64,000 nucleotides of DNA from Pseudovirgaria hyperparasitica (taxonomy: Eukaryota): NCBI GenBank assembly GCA_010093815.1, contig ML996565.1; one strand, 5' to 3'. The position numbers and the translations under genes were made by a program. The stretch's first letter is position 1. Each line of letters opens with the position of its first letter. Below are positions 62,678 to 64,000 of the stretch, piece by piece. The notes under the pieces are model-generated. The model saw only the letters and a list, made by a program, of their open reading frames with translations. It did no database searches and was not told the DNA's origin.

Positions 62678-64000
62678 ATGGCGACGACAGACATCTCAGT
62701 CGCTCCTCTCCACGAGGAGCCGGACACATTAGAGCACCCTAATGAGCGCCAGACTCTGCTCAAGTCCTTCTCAGACAAAGCAGCGGTATACCATGACAGA
62801 GTCCCATATCTGCGGAAGCTCCCGTTCAATGCATTAGCCATAATCCTGTTCATCGCATTTGTGAATGCGGTTGTCTGGGTTGCCGTCGGGATTGTTCTTG
62901 TCAGTACCATATATAGCCGTGCATATCATGATTCTACGCTGACACCATACACAGCACTTCAATGCGTATGTCCACCTCCCATCACGCCTCACACCCACTT
63001 GAAGATGCAACTCATAACAACCCAACAGCGGCCTCGCATCCACCGCCGTCCTGGCCTACACCCTAGGCCTCCGCCACGCCCTCGACGCAGACCACATCTC
63101 CGTATCTCGCCCTCCCTCCCTTCCCCCCCTTTAGCTCCCATCACTAACACACCCCCCCAGGCCATCGACCTCATGACACGTCGGCTCATCGCCTCGGGCC
63201 AGCGCCCCGTCACCGTCGGCATGTTCTTCTCGCTCGGCCACTCGACCATCGTGATCGTCACCTCCATCGTCGTCGCCGCCACCGCCGCCGCCATCTCCTC
63301 CCGCTTCGACAACTTCACCCGCGTCGGCAACATCATCGGCACCAGCGTCTCCGCCGCCTTCCTCCTCCTCCTCGGCGCCATGAACGTCTGGATCCTCGTC
63401 CGTCTCCGCAGGCGCCTGATCGCTCTCATCTACCCCTCCTCCACCACCACCTCCTCCTCCACCACCTCCCCAAACAACCCCGACGCCAAACCCCTCACCG
63501 CAGGCCTCCTCTTCACCCTCTTCCACCGCCTCTTCAAACTCATCGACCAGCCCTGGAAAATGTACCCGCTAGGCATCCTCTTCGGCCTCGGCTTCGACAC
63601 CTCCTCCGAAGTGGCCCTGCTCGGCATCTCCTCCATCCAAGCCGCCGCCGGCACCTCCATCTGGCTCATCCTGATCTTCCCCCTCCTCTTCACCGCAGGC
63701 ATGTGTCTGCTCGACACCGCCGACGGCGCCGCAATGATGAGCGTGTACACGAGCAGCGCGCTCGCCCGCGACGCAATTGCGGTGCTGTACTACAGCATTG
63801 TCCTCACGCTTGTGACTGTTGTTGTGGCGCTCGTGATTGGCGTGATTCAGGTGTTGAGTTTGGTGGCGAATGTGGCGGAGCCCGAGGGTGGGTTTTGGGA
63901 TGGTGTGGCGGTGGCGGGCGAGTATTATGATGTTATTGGTGTGTTTTGCTGCTCTTGTTTTGCCTCCTCCTTCTTCTTTTTCTTCTCCCCCTCTCCCGGA
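62678..64000 (+). CDS. NIC1: High-affinity nickel/cobalt permease (NiCoT/HoxN family, Nic1-like), 3'-partial; exons 62678-62899, 62955-62965, 63029-63101, 63161-63938, continues past the window
   Basis: NiCoT signature GLRHALDADHISAID, FFSLGHSTIV, KMYPLGILFGLGFDTSSE and LFTAGMCLLDTADG; includes an 11-nt micro-exon. Confidence 0.95.
   Translation, partial: MATTDISVAPLHEEPDTLEHPNERQTLLKSFSDKAAVYHDRVPYLRKLPFNALAIILFIAFVNAVVWVAVGIVLVSTIYSRAYHDSTLTPYTALQCVCPPPITPHTHLKMQLITTQQRPRIHRRPGLHPRPPPRPRRRPHLRISPSLPSPPLAPITNTPPQAIDLMTRRLIASGQRPVTVGMFFSLGHSTIVIVTSIVVAATAAAISSRFDNFTRVGNIIGTSVSAAFLLLLGAMNVWILVRLRRRLIALIYPSSTTTSSSTTSPNNPDAKPLTAGLLFTLFHRLFKLIDQPWKMYPLGILFGLGFDTSSEVALLGISSIQAAAGTSIWLILIFPLLFTAGMCLLDTADGAAMMSVYTSSALARDAIAVLYYSIVLTLVTVVVALVIGVIQVLSLVANVAEPEGGFWDGVAVAGEYYDVIGVFCCSCFASSFFFFFSPSPG

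Noticed and set aside
1..64000. tRNA, 5S rRNA, snRNA, TPP riboswitch or intact transposon
   Set aside because: No diagnostic motifs, terminal repeats or transposase/RT ORFs were recognised by eye; tRNAscan-SE, Rfam and a repeat search would be needed to exclude them.

Overview
Eukaryotic DNA from a filamentous ascomycete (Pezizomycotina, probably a Dothideomycete; inferred from short GT-AG introns with CTRAC branch points and the gene set). The left ~17 kb is gene-sparse and accessory-looking: a GPI-type cupredoxin, a cerato-platanin, an Och1-like GT32 mannosyltransferase with an H-T-E-P tandem-repeat stem, a BBE-like FAD oxidoreductase and an Atg22-like transporter, plus degenerate ORFs. The middle has a RING-PH-vWA (Far1/Ste5-like) gene, an OMA1-like M48 peptidase, a small conserved protein and a C2H2-type protein, separated by long repeat-rich intergenic tracts. 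The right ~19 kb is a dense housekeeping block: a conserved hypothetical gene, STE14, an Ecl1-family gene, EFM3/EEF2KMT, RPS24, NIP7, NOC3, CEM1 and a partial NiCoT nickel permease. I found no CRISPR, intact transposon, tRNA or rRNA. Three observations stand out. (1) Repeated, abrupt C/A-rich to G/T-rich compositional switches occur inside genes and in intergenic DNA, strong enough to reshape protein sequence. (2) An EFM3 intron ends in GG, not AG, at the position that preserves the DxxY motif. (3) Variants in the GT32 coding repeat all have RIP-type CpA/TpG-to-TpA context. All gene models were derived by eye, without database searches.
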